Shown one piece after another: positions 18,938 through 27,884 of a stretch of DNA of 64,000 nt. The stretch is from assembly GCA_963697585.1 (NCBI GenBank), contig CAVOOO010000009.1, positions 28,656 to 92,655 of the forward strand, read 5' to 3'. The notes under the pieces are model-generated. The model did not search any database and had not been told where the DNA came from. It was given only the letters and a program-made list of their open reading frames with translations. The position numbers were made by a program, and so were the translations under genes. Numbering within the stretch: the first letter of the stretch is position 1; every line of letters begins with the position of its first letter. The DNA is from an uncultured Chloroflexia bacterium (GTDB taxonomy: Bacteria; Chloroflexota; Dormibacteria; Aeolococcales; Aeolococcaceae).

Positions 18938-19411
18938 TCAGGGCGGCGGGGCGAGTCGCATCGCCCGGTCCCGGGCGTCCTGATCCGGCAAACTCGCGCG
19001 CAGCACGGTATCGGCAGCCAGCAGCTGGGCGGAATCGACCCGCTCGTCCAACCGCCGGTCGAGCGCGTCGATCGCCTCCCGGATCACCCGCGCGTACTGG
19101 TCGCCCCGCGGGGTGAGCTCGACGTTGACCTGGCGGGCGTCGCTCACGTCCCTGCGGGTGACCGCATATCCGTGTTGCTCGAGCCGGGTGACGAACTTGC
19201 GGGCCGCCTGCCGCGTGACCCCGAGCGCCGCGCCGATCTCCCCGATCGACCGGGGGCGGCGGCTGAGCAGGCGCAGGAGGGAGGCGTCGATGCGACGGTA
19301 GTCGTCGAACCCCGCGCGCCTGACCTGCTCGGCCATCTGGCGCACCCACTGCTCGCGAGCGAGGGCAAGCAGGTCGCCGAAGTGATAGGGGGTCCTTGAC
19401 TGCTCCGGCAT
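18938..19411 (-). CDS. MarR family regulator
   Basis: SIGEIGAALGVTRQAARKFVTRLEQHGY, DARQVNVELTPRG. Confidence 0.88.
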   Translation of the reverse strand: MPEQSRTPYHFGDLLALAREQWVRQMAEQVRRAGFDDYRRIDASLLRLLSRRPRSIGEIGAALGVTRQAARKFVTRLEQHGYAVTRRDVSDARQVNVELTPRGDQYARVIREAIDALDRRLDERVDSAQLLAADTVLRASLPDQDARDRAMRLAPPP

Positions 19412-19434
19412 GGTGCGCTAGCCTAGTATGCAAC

Positions 19435-20091
19435 ATGGTTGCGCACCTGTCCACCTCCCCCCGGATCACGTCCAGGGCGGTGATCGCCGCCCGGCTCGCC
19501 CTCGCCGGCGTCGTGCTCTACGCGGTCATCGACACCGCGCTGGTGTTCCTCCGGCCCCAGTTCTCGTTCCTGCACAACGCCGAGAGCGACTACGGCAGCG
19601 CCGGCCCCTGGGCCTGGCTGATGGATCTCAACTTCCTGCTCCGCTGCGCTCTCAGCCTGGCGGTGGTCGGAGCCGTCTCCGCCGCCGCCGCGCGGCGACG
19701 CGGGCTTCAGGCGGCGCTCGGGCTGCTGATCGTCTGGGCTCTCGGCTCCGGGCTGCTCGCGTTCTTCCCCGACGATCCGGCGGGCACCCCCCTCCGCACG
19801 TCGGGCGCCGTCCACCTCGCCCTCGCCTTCGTCGCCTTCGTGGCCGTGCTGGTGGGGACCATTCTGGGCTCGATCGCGCTCCGGGCCCAGCCACGCTGGC
19901 GGCCGGTCGCGATCCCGATGGCCGTCCTCTCCTGGGGAGCTCTGGTGCCCTTCCTGCTGCTCGGACGGGCCGGGTTCGACGCGCACTCGCTGGGCGGCTT
20001 CTACGAGAAGGTCTTCCTCGGGATGGAGCTGCTGTGGCTGGCCGTGGTGGCCGCGCGCATCGCGGCGGGCTCTGCGGAGGCCTCGGGTTAG
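19435..20091 (+). CDS. DUF998-like integral membrane protein
   Basis: HNAESDYG after TM1, FFPDD, SGAVHLALA, five or six hydrophobic segments; divergent from MarR. Confidence 0.7.
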   Translation: MVAHLSTSPRITSRAVIAARLALAGVVLYAVIDTALVFLRPQFSFLHNAESDYGSAGPWAWLMDLNFLLRCALSLAVVGAVSAAAARRRGLQAALGLLIVWALGSGLLAFFPDDPAGTPLRTSGAVHLALAFVAFVAVLVGTILGSIALRAQPRWRPVAIPMAVLSWGALVPFLLLGRAGFDAHSLGGFYEKVFLGMELLWLAVVAARIAAGSAEASG

Positions 20092-20340
20092 CCGTCGCAG
20101 GTGGGCCCGGGCCTCATCGCCTCCGAGACGGCCGGCCCGGGGCCTCCGCGACGGTCAGCCCAGGCATCTCTGAGAATCGCCGCCCGCCGCCGGCGAGGCA
20201 TGGGCCGACGGCAGACCACCTGAACCCGGCCCGATCCCGCGGCTGCCGGCTGCGCAGCGAACGCCCGGATCCCGCCGGCGCCATGATGCAGGCGACAGTC
20301 AATCAGCGCTCGCCGCGGGGGCGGCACCCAGGGGTTCCTC

Positions 20341-21555
20341 ATGGCAGCCGAGAAGCCGGTGGTGGTGGTCGGCGCCGGACTCGTCGGCCTGGCGGTCGCC
20401 CGCCAGCTGCTCATCGACGCTCCCGGACGGGCGGTCACCGTGGTCGAGAAGGAGAGCACGGTGGCGGAGCATCAGAGCGGCCGCAACAGCGGGGTGATCC
20501 ATTCGGGTGTGTACTACACGCCGGGATCGATCCACGCCCGGCTCTGCCGTCGCGGCGGTGCCCAGCTCCGCGAGTTCTGCGCCGATGCGGGCATCCCCGT
20601 TGTCGCCTGCGGGAAGCTGATCGTCGCCACCCGCGCCCGGGAGGCCCAGCGGCTCCGCGGACTCCTCGAGCAGGCTCGGGCCAACGGGATCGCGGACGCC
20701 GTGCTGCTGGGCGCGCGGGGAATCCGCGAGATCGAGCCTCACGCCCGCGGCGTTGCCGCCCTGCATCTGCCCTGCACCTCCAGCGTCGACTATGTGGCGG
20801 TGGCGGGCGCGCTCGCCGCCGACATCCGCCGCCGGGGCGGCGCGGTCCGGTTCGGCTGCGAGGTTCGCGGAGGTCACCTTCGCGGCGACGGTGTCGACGT
20901 GCTCACCGGCGACCAGCCGATCTCGGCGGAGCAGGTCATCCTCTGCCCGGGACTCCAGGCGGATCGTCTCGCGCAGTCCTTCGGCGCGCCGCGCGAGCCG
21001 CGGATCATACCCTTCCGCGGAAGCTTCTGGCGGCTCCGCCCGGCCGCTGCGGCGATGGTCAGGGGCCACCTCTACCCGGTGCCCGATCCCGCCCTCCCCT
21101 TCCTCGGAGTTCACGCCAGCCGACGCCACGACGGTGAGGTCTGGCTGGGGCCCAACGCGGTCCTGGCGCTGGCCCGCGAGGGATACCGGCGTGGCCAGGT
21201 GGAGTGGAGGACCATCTCGGAGGAGGCGTCGAGCACCGGCCTGCACCGCCTGATGCTGCGCAACTGGAGGACGGGGCTGTGGGAGCTGGCCCGAGACCGG
21301 TCCGGCTGGCTGGTTGCCCGCTCGGTGCGCCGCCTGCTCCCCGAGCTCACGGCCAAGGACATCCTGCCCGGTCCGTCCGGAGTCAGGGCCCAGGCGCTGG
21401 CCCGCGACGGGCACCTGGTCTCCGACTTCGTCTTCTGGCGTCGAGGCCGGCTGCTCGCCGTGCGCAACGCCCCCTCACCGGCGGCGACCGCGGCGCTCGC
21501 CATCGCCGAGCACATCACCGGCGTCCTCGACGGCACGGTGCGAGTCGACGCGTAG
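20341..21555 (+). CDS. lhgO: L-2-hydroxyglutarate oxidase LhgO-family FAD oxidoreductase
   Basis: VVGAGLVGLA, HQSGRNSGVIHSGVYY, IIPFRG, YPVPDPALPFLGVH, GVRAQA, NAPSPAATAALAI. Confidence 0.88.
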   Translation: MAAEKPVVVVGAGLVGLAVARQLLIDAPGRAVTVVEKESTVAEHQSGRNSGVIHSGVYYTPGSIHARLCRRGGAQLREFCADAGIPVVACGKLIVATRAREAQRLRGLLEQARANGIADAVLLGARGIREIEPHARGVAALHLPCTSSVDYVAVAGALAADIRRRGGAVRFGCEVRGGHLRGDGVDVLTGDQPISAEQVILCPGLQADRLAQSFGAPREPRIIPFRGSFWRLRPAAAAMVRGHLYPVPDPALPFLGVHASRRHDGEVWLGPNAVLALAREGYRRGQVEWRTISEEASSTGLHRLMLRNWRTGLWELARDRSGWLVARSVRRLLPELTAKDILPGPSGVRAQALARDGHLVSDFVFWRRGRLLAVRNAPSPAATAALAIAEHITGVLDGTVRVDA

Positions 21556-21644
21556 GGGCGGGCAGCCGCTCCCCGGGCGCCGGTCTGGCCGGTAGGCGCT
21601 GGGGAGGGCGCGACGGGTGAACGATCGAACCCCGTGCCGCCGAG

Positions 21645-22253
21645 TCAGCTCAGGAGCTGGGTGGCCAGGCCCTCGACCGCGCTCAGCGACGGTGTCGCCT
21701 CGCCTTCGAACACGACCACCCGGTTGGTGCCCTGCCGGACATCCACCCCGACCGCCGAGCCGTACAGCACGCTCGGGCTGGTGAAGGAGACCGCTTGGTC
21801 CCCCAGGCCGGACACGGGAGTCGCGGCGACCCCGCTCACGTTGAACCCGCGGTCGCCGAGCAGGGCCATCATCTCCTGCTCCTCGCTGGTGAACAGCGAC
21901 GCTGGCATGTTGTTCAGCAGGATCAGGATCGCGCCTGCGCTCGCGGAGACGTAGGTGCAGGCGATGTGGCCGGTACCGCTGGGGAGGGTGGCCACGAGGC
22001 TCGCCGACGAGACGGTCGTCGAGGTCGTGAACTCGGTGCCCAGGGCACTGTTGACGACAGCGGGCGCCGGGCACGAGGCGGTTTCGATGGCGGCGGCGGA
22101 GGTCGGTGTCGGGGTCGCGGCCGGCGTGGCTGTCGCCGTCGTCGCCGCCGAGCTGCTGGCTGGGGACGAGGGAGAACCGCCGCAGGCGGCGACCCCCGCA
22201 GCCGCCATCAGGCCGGAGAGCAACAGGCACATTGGCGAAGTGCGGTGCGACAT
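21645..22253 (-). CDS. Hypothetical lipoprotein
   Basis: GVAAC lipobox, Ser/Thr/Pro linker, Cys pair (SCP...ACTY), VSGLGDQA motif. Confidence 0.65.
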   Translation of the reverse strand: MSHRTSPMCLLLSGLMAAAGVAACGGSPSSPASSSAATTATATPAATPTPTSAAAIETASCPAPAVVNSALGTEFTTSTTVSSASLVATLPSGTGHIACTYVSASAGAILILLNNMPASLFTSEEQEMMALLGDRGFNVSGVAATPVSGLGDQAVSFTSPSVLYGSAVGVDVRQGTNRVVVFEGEATPSLSAVEGLATQLLS

Positions 22254-22600
22254 GATCCGCCCCCTGACACCCGTTCCACGGGGCAAGTGCCCCGAAAGCG
22301 ACTGCAGGGTACGGACGCCGGCCTGGGGGCGCAAGAGGCGGAGGTCATGGTCGTGCGACCGTTCGGGACCCAGATGGAGGTGCCCTTCTCCGGGTGCGGG
22401 GGCGGACAGGCGGTGCGACACGGCTGGGCCTGGGAGATCACCGGCGGCAGCAGCGTCGGCTGCGGCCAGCCTTCCCAGGTGGCGCTCGAGCTGAGCGGGC
22501 AAGGGCCTTTGCTCACCGCAGGGAACTGGTGAGAAGGTCCCGGATCCTCTGTTGCGGAAGGCCCTGGTTTGCCACGAAACGTCCGCGGACGATTGCTCGC

Positions 22601-23098
22601 ATGCGGCCCTCCGTGCTCCGTCGGGCAACCGCCAGGGCCCCTGTCGCGCTGCTGGCCAGCCTGGTCTTCGTGTCGGCCTGTGGGAGCAGCCCCTCAGCGA
22701 CCACCTCTTCTCCATCCACATCCACGTCCACGTCCAGGAAGGTGGCGTTGGGGACGAATGATCCCGCCCAGGGAGACTGCACCACGAACACCAGCGAGGC
22801 GGCCACCTCGGTCGGGTTTGTGACGCTGAGCGTGACCGCCAGCTCATTCCACGCCGAGATCCAGGTGCAATCCGGCTCACCCGACACGACCTACGGGGTG
22901 TTCATGCAGCAGGTCCCCGGATCGTGCCCGCAGGCGGCCGCCAATGGCGGCGCGCTCATCACCAACTCGAGCGGCCATGGCCAGGCGTCCGCGACTGTGA
23001 CGCGCGTGGCCGGTGCGACCATTTTCTTCGTGCAGCTCGTCCCCACCGGAGTGGGACCGCCTGACTACACGAGCGACCGCATCTCAGCAGCGTCATAA
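22601..23098 (+). CDS. Hypothetical lipoprotein
   Basis: FVSAC lipobox, Ser/Thr linker, beta-rich domain with two further Cys. Confidence 0.6.
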   Translation: MRPSVLRRATARAPVALLASLVFVSACGSSPSATTSSPSTSTSTSRKVALGTNDPAQGDCTTNTSEAATSVGFVTLSVTASSFHAEIQVQSGSPDTTYGVFMQQVPGSCPQAAANGGALITNSSGHGQASATVTRVAGATIFFVQLVPTGVGPPDYTSDRISAAS

Positions 23099-23413
23099 GC
23101 GTCAAAGTCGGGCTGCGCACCTCACCTGCCCAGGGATCAGGCTTCCTCGGATCATGCCAACCTTCGCGCATGCCCCACTCGGTGTCCCGCGGCGCGGCCC
23201 GCCACCCCCTGGGCCGGCTCCATTCCGCGAGTGCGGGACTGAGGCCCCCACGGCGCGGCCGCCGCGATGTGGACGCCACGACCCACGCACCCGGGACCCC
23301 TCAACGTGCCACGTGATCGGGCCGCCCGTCGCCTGAACCCGAGTCCGCGAGCGCGCGTATGGAGAGGTGAGGCCCAGCCGACAGGGCGGCCCCGGCATTG
23401 GGGGATCTTCGAG

Positions 23414-23932
23414 GTGCAGCGGTGGCGGGTGGAACGTCGACACCGTGCCCTCGTCCTTGGCGCGGTCGCGGCTTCGGCGCTGGGCGCGGCATGTGGCGCT
23501 GCGACCGCCGGCCCCTCCGCCCTGGCGAGCCCTGCCACGGGCAACCTGATGACGGTTCAAACCTCGCAGACAGGTGCCGGAACCGTGCTGACAGGTCCCG
23601 GTGGCCGCACCCTCTACGTCCTCCTGGGCGACCAGGGAGAGGAGGTCCCCTGCTCCGGCGGCTGCCTGACCGTCTGGCCGCCGGTCACCGTCGACTCCAT
23701 GTCACCCCGGCCGGGCCCGGGTGTGAGCGCCTCGCTCTCGATCACGCCGTCGGCCGGGGGCGCGCTGCAGCTCACCGTGTCGGGCGATCCCGTTCACTAC
23801 TACGTGGGCGACACCTCGGCGGGCCTGGCCAACGGCGAGGGCATCAGCTCCTACGGAGGCACCTGGTACGCCCTGCAGCCGAGTGGGCGTCCCCTCACGC
23901 CGGGGATGGACGGCAACCCCTACGGCTACTGA
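23414..23932 (+). CDS. Secreted repeat lipoprotein (COG4315/Lipoprotein_15-like); start uncertain
   Basis: LGAAC lipobox, GRTLY, CSGGCLTVWPP, VHYYVGD...NGEG...GGTWY. Confidence 0.8.
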   Translation: MQRWRVERRHRALVLGAVAASALGAACGAATAGPSALASPATGNLMTVQTSQTGAGTVLTGPGGRTLYVLLGDQGEEVPCSGGCLTVWPPVTVDSMSPRPGPGVSASLSITPSAGGALQLTVSGDPVHYYVGDTSAGLANGEGISSYGGTWYALQPSGRPLTPGMDGNPYGY

Positions 23933-24052
23933 GCCCGACGGGCAGGGGCGCCCCGCCCGCCCCAGCTCCGTGAGCCGTCGCCCGGTCCACCTCACCTCTC
24001 ACGGGTTCCGGGTCCCGGGCCCCCGCCGTGTCCGGGCGCGCCCCCCGACCCG

Positions 24053-24541
24053 GTGGCGGGGCAGGCGGTCACCATATGGCTGGTGAGCCCCCCGCCCACC
24101 GACCGTCACCCCCGAGGACGGCCCGACCCCGGCATCCCTCCAGCCGGCCGGGCGCCGCGCGAGGTCGAGGTCCCGCTGGCGCGGTCCCGGGCCGCGGAAG
24201 ACGAGGGCATCCGGGCGCGGTTGGAGGAGAGGCGGCGCACCCTCGAGGAGGAGGTGCGCACCCTCAGTGAGCACGACCCGGCCGAGTCCGCCAACCTGCA
24301 GTTCGGCAAGCGGATCGGCGATGGCACCGCCTACGCGATCGACCGGATGACCGGCGCCTACCAGGCGCGAACCCTGTACCAGACGATCGTGCAGATCGAT
24401 GCGGCGCTCGACCGCCTCCGCGACGGCACGTATGGCACCTGCCAGGGGTGTGGGGCGGCGATACCCGCCGAGCGCCTGGAGGCGGTCCCGTGGGCTGCCC
24501 TCTGCGTCGGCTGCGCCTCGCGCCCGGCCCCGCGCCGGTAA
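24053..24541 (+). CDS. TraR/DksA C4-type zinc-finger protein; start may be GTG 24083
   Basis: Coiled coil then IDAALDRLRDGTYGTCQGCGAAIPAERLEAVPWAALCVGC. Confidence 0.85.
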   Translation: MAGQAVTIWLVSPPPTDRHPRGRPDPGIPPAGRAPREVEVPLARSRAAEDEGIRARLEERRRTLEEEVRTLSEHDPAESANLQFGKRIGDGTAYAIDRMTGAYQARTLYQTIVQIDAALDRLRDGTYGTCQGCGAAIPAERLEAVPWAALCVGCASRPAPRR

Positions 24542-24620
24542 CGGCCGGCCCGGGGGCTCCCGGGCGTCGACGCGTTGTGGAGCGGTCTGCCGACCTGACC
24601 TGCGGGAGCCGATTCGCGGC

Positions 24621-25542
24621 TCAGGGCACGTCGGTGGCGGGGGCGCGCCACGAGGCCCCTGAGGTCCGGGCCTTGGTCGCCATGGCCGTCGCCCACCCCG
24701 CAACCGGCAGCGGCCGCCGCGGCATGGCCTGCACCCGGTCGATGAACGGCCGCACCTCGACGCTCCCGAACCGAGCCACCGGATGGCGGGAGGCGATCTC
24801 CACGGCCTCGTCCAGGTCCGCGCACTCGATGACGTCGTAGCCGGCGATGTGCTCCTTGGTCTCCGCGAACGGACCGTCGGTGACCAGCACCCGCCCCGCC
24901 TCTGCCCGCACCGTGGTGGCGGTGCTCACGGGCTGGAGCCGCCCGCCGTGGAGGTTGACGCCGCGACCGACCGTGTCCTCCAGCCAATCACCCATCCGCC
25001 GGTCTGAAGTCGGCGGCCTCCTCCGCGGTGAGCTCCACGGCCTCGCCGACGCAGATCAGCAGCATGTAGTTCTTCCCCCGCGTCGCCTCCGCCTCCGGTG
25101 TCGGGTCGGTGGGCACGGTCTGGTCTGGGCGCGGATCAGCGCCTTCCCGGCTCATCTTCGCTGCCCATTCGGCGACCTGCAGGGGTCGCCGCGGCAGCGC
25201 CTCGTCGCCGTCCACGAAGGGACGGATCTCGATGCTTCCGAACCGCACGGGGAGGCGAGAAGCCAGGTCGATGGCCTCGTCGAGGTCGGTGCACTCGATG
25301 ACGTCGTACCCGGCGATCTGCTCCTTGGTCTCCGCGAACGGGCCGTCGGTCACCAGCAGCTCTCCACCTCGGACCCGCACGGTCGCGGCGGAGCCGGGCG
25401 GCTCCAGGCGCCCCCCGTGGAGGCTGACGCCGCGCGAGATGGTGTCCTCGAGCCACAACCTCATCGTCCGCTCCTGCTCCGCGGTGTCCTCGGCGGCGAG
25501 ACCCTCGTCGCCGGCGGTGCAGTGAAGCAGCATGTACCTCAT
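24621..25542 (-). CDS. Tandem double YCII-related (DGPF) protein, apparent frameshift near 24997
   Basis: Two copies of VTDGPFAETKE(Q/H)IAGYDVIEC.DLDEA. The second domain N-terminus (KNYMLLICVG) is in the first frame and the rest (WLEDTVGRGV) is in another. Confidence 0.82.
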
Positions 25543-25630
25543 CTCAGGTTCCTCATTCTCATTGGGGCGATCAGAGCGTACCGTCGCCGGAGCGCACGGG
25601 CACGGGTCCGGCTGGTCTCATCAGGCGCGA

Positions 25631-25822
25631 CTACTGGGCGGCCCCGACCGCGGACGTCCGAGGCCGGGTCAGCAGGGACGCCGCGCGCCGGCCGGCGGCC
25701 GCCAGGCCTGCGGCGATGGCGGCGACGTCCGCAACCAACGCGCCGAGCTGGGCATCGTACTCGCGGCTGGCAGCCGCATTCCCCGCCGGAGCGAATCGGT
25801 ACGGCTGCTGGAACGAGTTCAT
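25631..25822 (-). CDS. Small hypothetical protein (63 aa)
   Basis: AGGAGAG RBS before ATG; lies just downstream of an ECF-type promoter motif. Confidence 0.55.
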   Translation of the reverse strand: MNSFQQPYRFAPAGNAAASREYDAQLGALVADVAAIAAGLAAAGRRAASLLTRPRTSAVGAAQ

Positions 25823-25880
25823 CGGGCTCTCCTCCGGGCTTCTCGCCCGTGTCATGCCCCTGAGGGGCTCTCACCCACCC

Positions 25881-25907
25881 GACGAACAGGGTGGCCGGAA
25901 ATGGACA
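25881..25907 (-). promoter_or_regulatory. Candidate ECF sigma promoter TGTCCA-N14-GTTCGTC
   Basis: Minus strand reads TGTCCAtttccggccaccctGTTCGTC; same boxes and spacing as the plus-strand copy. Confidence 0.65.
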
Positions 25908-25950
25908 TCCGGCTCCCCGTGCTCCGGTGATCCGCTCCGGCGAGTGCGAC

Positions 25951-25977
25951 TGTCCAGGGGGCGCCTGCCCGTTCGTC
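25951..25977 (+). promoter_or_regulatory. Candidate ECF sigma promoter TGTCCA-N14-GTTCGTC
   Basis: Plus strand reads TGTCCAgggggcgcctgcccGTTCGTC; points towards the small ORF and the sigma gene. Confidence 0.65.
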
Positions 25978-26045
25978 GCTCTGGTGACGGCCCCCTCGAG
26001 ACGCTGATCTCGAGGGTGGACGTAACGAGGAGTTGGAGAACGACG

Positions 26046-26309
26046 ATGAGCCCGTACATCCCCTACCTGCTGACTCTGAGATGGAGCCCTCCGGCCACCG
26101 CCGCGATCTGGGTGACGGAGGATCGCCCGGGGGCCCTCACCTCTCGGACGCCCTCGGTCCGCCGGGCGCCTGCGGCGCCCGCGAGGCTGATCCGACGGCT
26201 GGCCCACCGGCGGCCGGATGCGGCGATCGTCCGGCCCGTGGCGCCTGCCTCCTCCGGCCCCTGTCGGACGCACCCCGGCCAGAGCCTGACCGAGGCCCGG
26301 CCTCGCTGA
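26046..26309 (+). CDS. Small hypothetical protein (87 aa)
   Basis: AGGAG/GGAG RBS before ATG; lies downstream of the ECF-type motif. The C-terminal half is low complexity and uncertain. Confidence 0.4.
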   Translation: MSPYIPYLLTLRWSPPATAAIWVTEDRPGALTSRTPSVRRAPAAPARLIRRLAHRRPDAAIVRPVAPASSGPCRTHPGQSLTEARPR

Positions 26310-26497
26310 CCCAGTCCGAGCGTGACCATCGACCGGTCGCGGCCGCCTGGCCCATCTCTGAGATGGAGTCGCCATGGCGACAGCTCAACATCGAGAATGA
26401 ATTCACCTGGCGTGCCCGCGGCGATCGGGGTGACCGACGGGCCGTCCGCGCAGGGCCGACCACTCGAGGAGCCTGGGGATGACCGGACCGGTGACCG

Positions 26498-27778
26498 ATG
26501 CCGGATATCGCTGACCCGACCATCGAGGCCGCGGTCTCCGAGGCGTTCCACCAGGAGTGGGGCCGGGTGGTGGCGAGCCTCATCGCCAGCACCGGAGACT
26601 GGGACCTCGCTGAGGAGTGCGCTCAGGACGCCTTCGTACAGGCGCTGCGACGCTGGTCCCGGGACGGCGTGCCCACCCGCCCCGGGGCGTGGCTGACCAC
26701 CGTGGCCCGCAACCGCGCCGTGGACCGGCTGCGCCGTCGCGCCGTCGAGGCGACCAAGCTGGAGCAGACCGCCCTGGCCACTCCGCCCGGGGAGACGGGT
26801 GCCCCGCCCGGTGACGCGAGGATCCCCGATGAGCGGCTGCGGCTCATCTTCACCTGCTGCCACCCGGCGCTCGCCATGGAGGCGCGGGTGGCGCTCACGC
26901 TGCGATCGCTCGCGGGGCTGACCACCGCCGAGATCGCCAGCGCCTTCCTGGTCCCCGAGGCGACGATGGCAAAGCGCCTGGTCCGCGCCAAGCAGAAGAT
27001 CCGCGATGCCGGCATCCCTTTCCGGATCCCTCCACCCGACCTGCTCCCGCCCCGCCTCGGTGGGGTGCTGGCGGTGCTCTACCTCCTCTTCAACGAGGGG
27101 TACTCGGCGAGCTCCGGCAGCGACCTGATTCGGGTGGGGCTCAGCACCGAGGCGATCCGCCTGACCCGGGTCCTCGCCGAGCTGATACCGGAGGAGCCGG
27201 AGGTGAGCGGGCTCCTGGCGCTGATGCTGTTCACGGATGCGCGCCGCCACGCCCGTGTGGACCGGCGCGGTGAGCTGGTCACCCTGGAGGAGCAGGATCG
27301 CTCCCTCTGGGACGCGGACGAGATCGCGGAGGGGCGCCGGGTCCTCGACTCCGCCCCGGTCGGGCGGCCGGCGGGGCCCTACCAGCTGCAGGCGGCGATC
27401 GCCGCCTGTCATGCGCTGGCCGGGCAGGCCTCGTTGACCGACTGGGTGACCGTCGCCGACCTCTATGGGCGCCTCGCCGAGATCACGCCCTCACCGGTGA
27501 TCGAGCTCAACCGCGCGGTCGCGCTGGGCATGGCCGATGGACTTGAGGTCGGCCTGGCCCGGGTGGACCAGCTGGAGAGCTCGGGGGCCCTCGACGGCTA
27601 CTACCTGCTGCCGGCCACCAAGGCCGATCTGATGCGGCGCCTGGGTCGCCACGCCGAGGCCTCGGCCGGCTACAGGGCCGCGCTCGCGCTGGCCCCCACC
27701 GACGTCGAGCGCCGCTACCTCCTCCGGCGGATCGCGGAGATGGACCCTTCCACCCCCACCGAGAGGAACGTCCGATGA
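26498..27778 (+). CDS. ECF sigma-70 factor with long TPR-like C-terminal extension (ECF42-like)
   Basis: DLAEECAQDAF, WLTTVARNRAVD, DERLRLIFTCCHPAL, GPYQLQAAIAACH, SPVIELNRAVA; flanked by DGPF genes as is typical of ECF42. Confidence 0.9.
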   Translation: MPDIADPTIEAAVSEAFHQEWGRVVASLIASTGDWDLAEECAQDAFVQALRRWSRDGVPTRPGAWLTTVARNRAVDRLRRRAVEATKLEQTALATPPGETGAPPGDARIPDERLRLIFTCCHPALAMEARVALTLRSLAGLTTAEIASAFLVPEATMAKRLVRAKQKIRDAGIPFRIPPPDLLPPRLGGVLAVLYLLFNEGYSASSGSDLIRVGLSTEAIRLTRVLAELIPEEPEVSGLLALMLFTDARRHARVDRRGELVTLEEQDRSLWDADEIAEGRRVLDSAPVGRPAGPYQLQAAIAACHALAGQASLTDWVTVADLYGRLAEITPSPVIELNRAVALGMADGLEVGLARVDQLESSGALDGYYLLPATKADLMRRLGRHAEASAGYRAALALAPTDVERRYLLRRIAEMDPSTPTERNVR

Positions 27779-27873
27779 GGTACCTGCTCCTGATGTGCGC
27801 CGACGACAGCGTCGAGCTCACCCCTGCAGAGGACACCGCCGAGGCGGGGCGGCGCCACCCAGGCGGTTGGTAA
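27775..27873 (+). pseudogene. Truncated YCII/DGPF gene remnant (32 aa)
   Basis: ATGA overlap with the sigma stop; MRYLLLMCADDSVELTPAED resembles the YCII N-termini at 24.6-25.5 kb, then stops at TAA. Confidence 0.65.
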
Positions 27874-27884
27874 GCTCGCCGGCC

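Noticed and set aside
2243-25542. Programmed ribosomal frameshifting as the explanation for the broken genes
   Set aside because: No shared slippery heptamer, and these gene families are not known to use it; error or decay is simpler.
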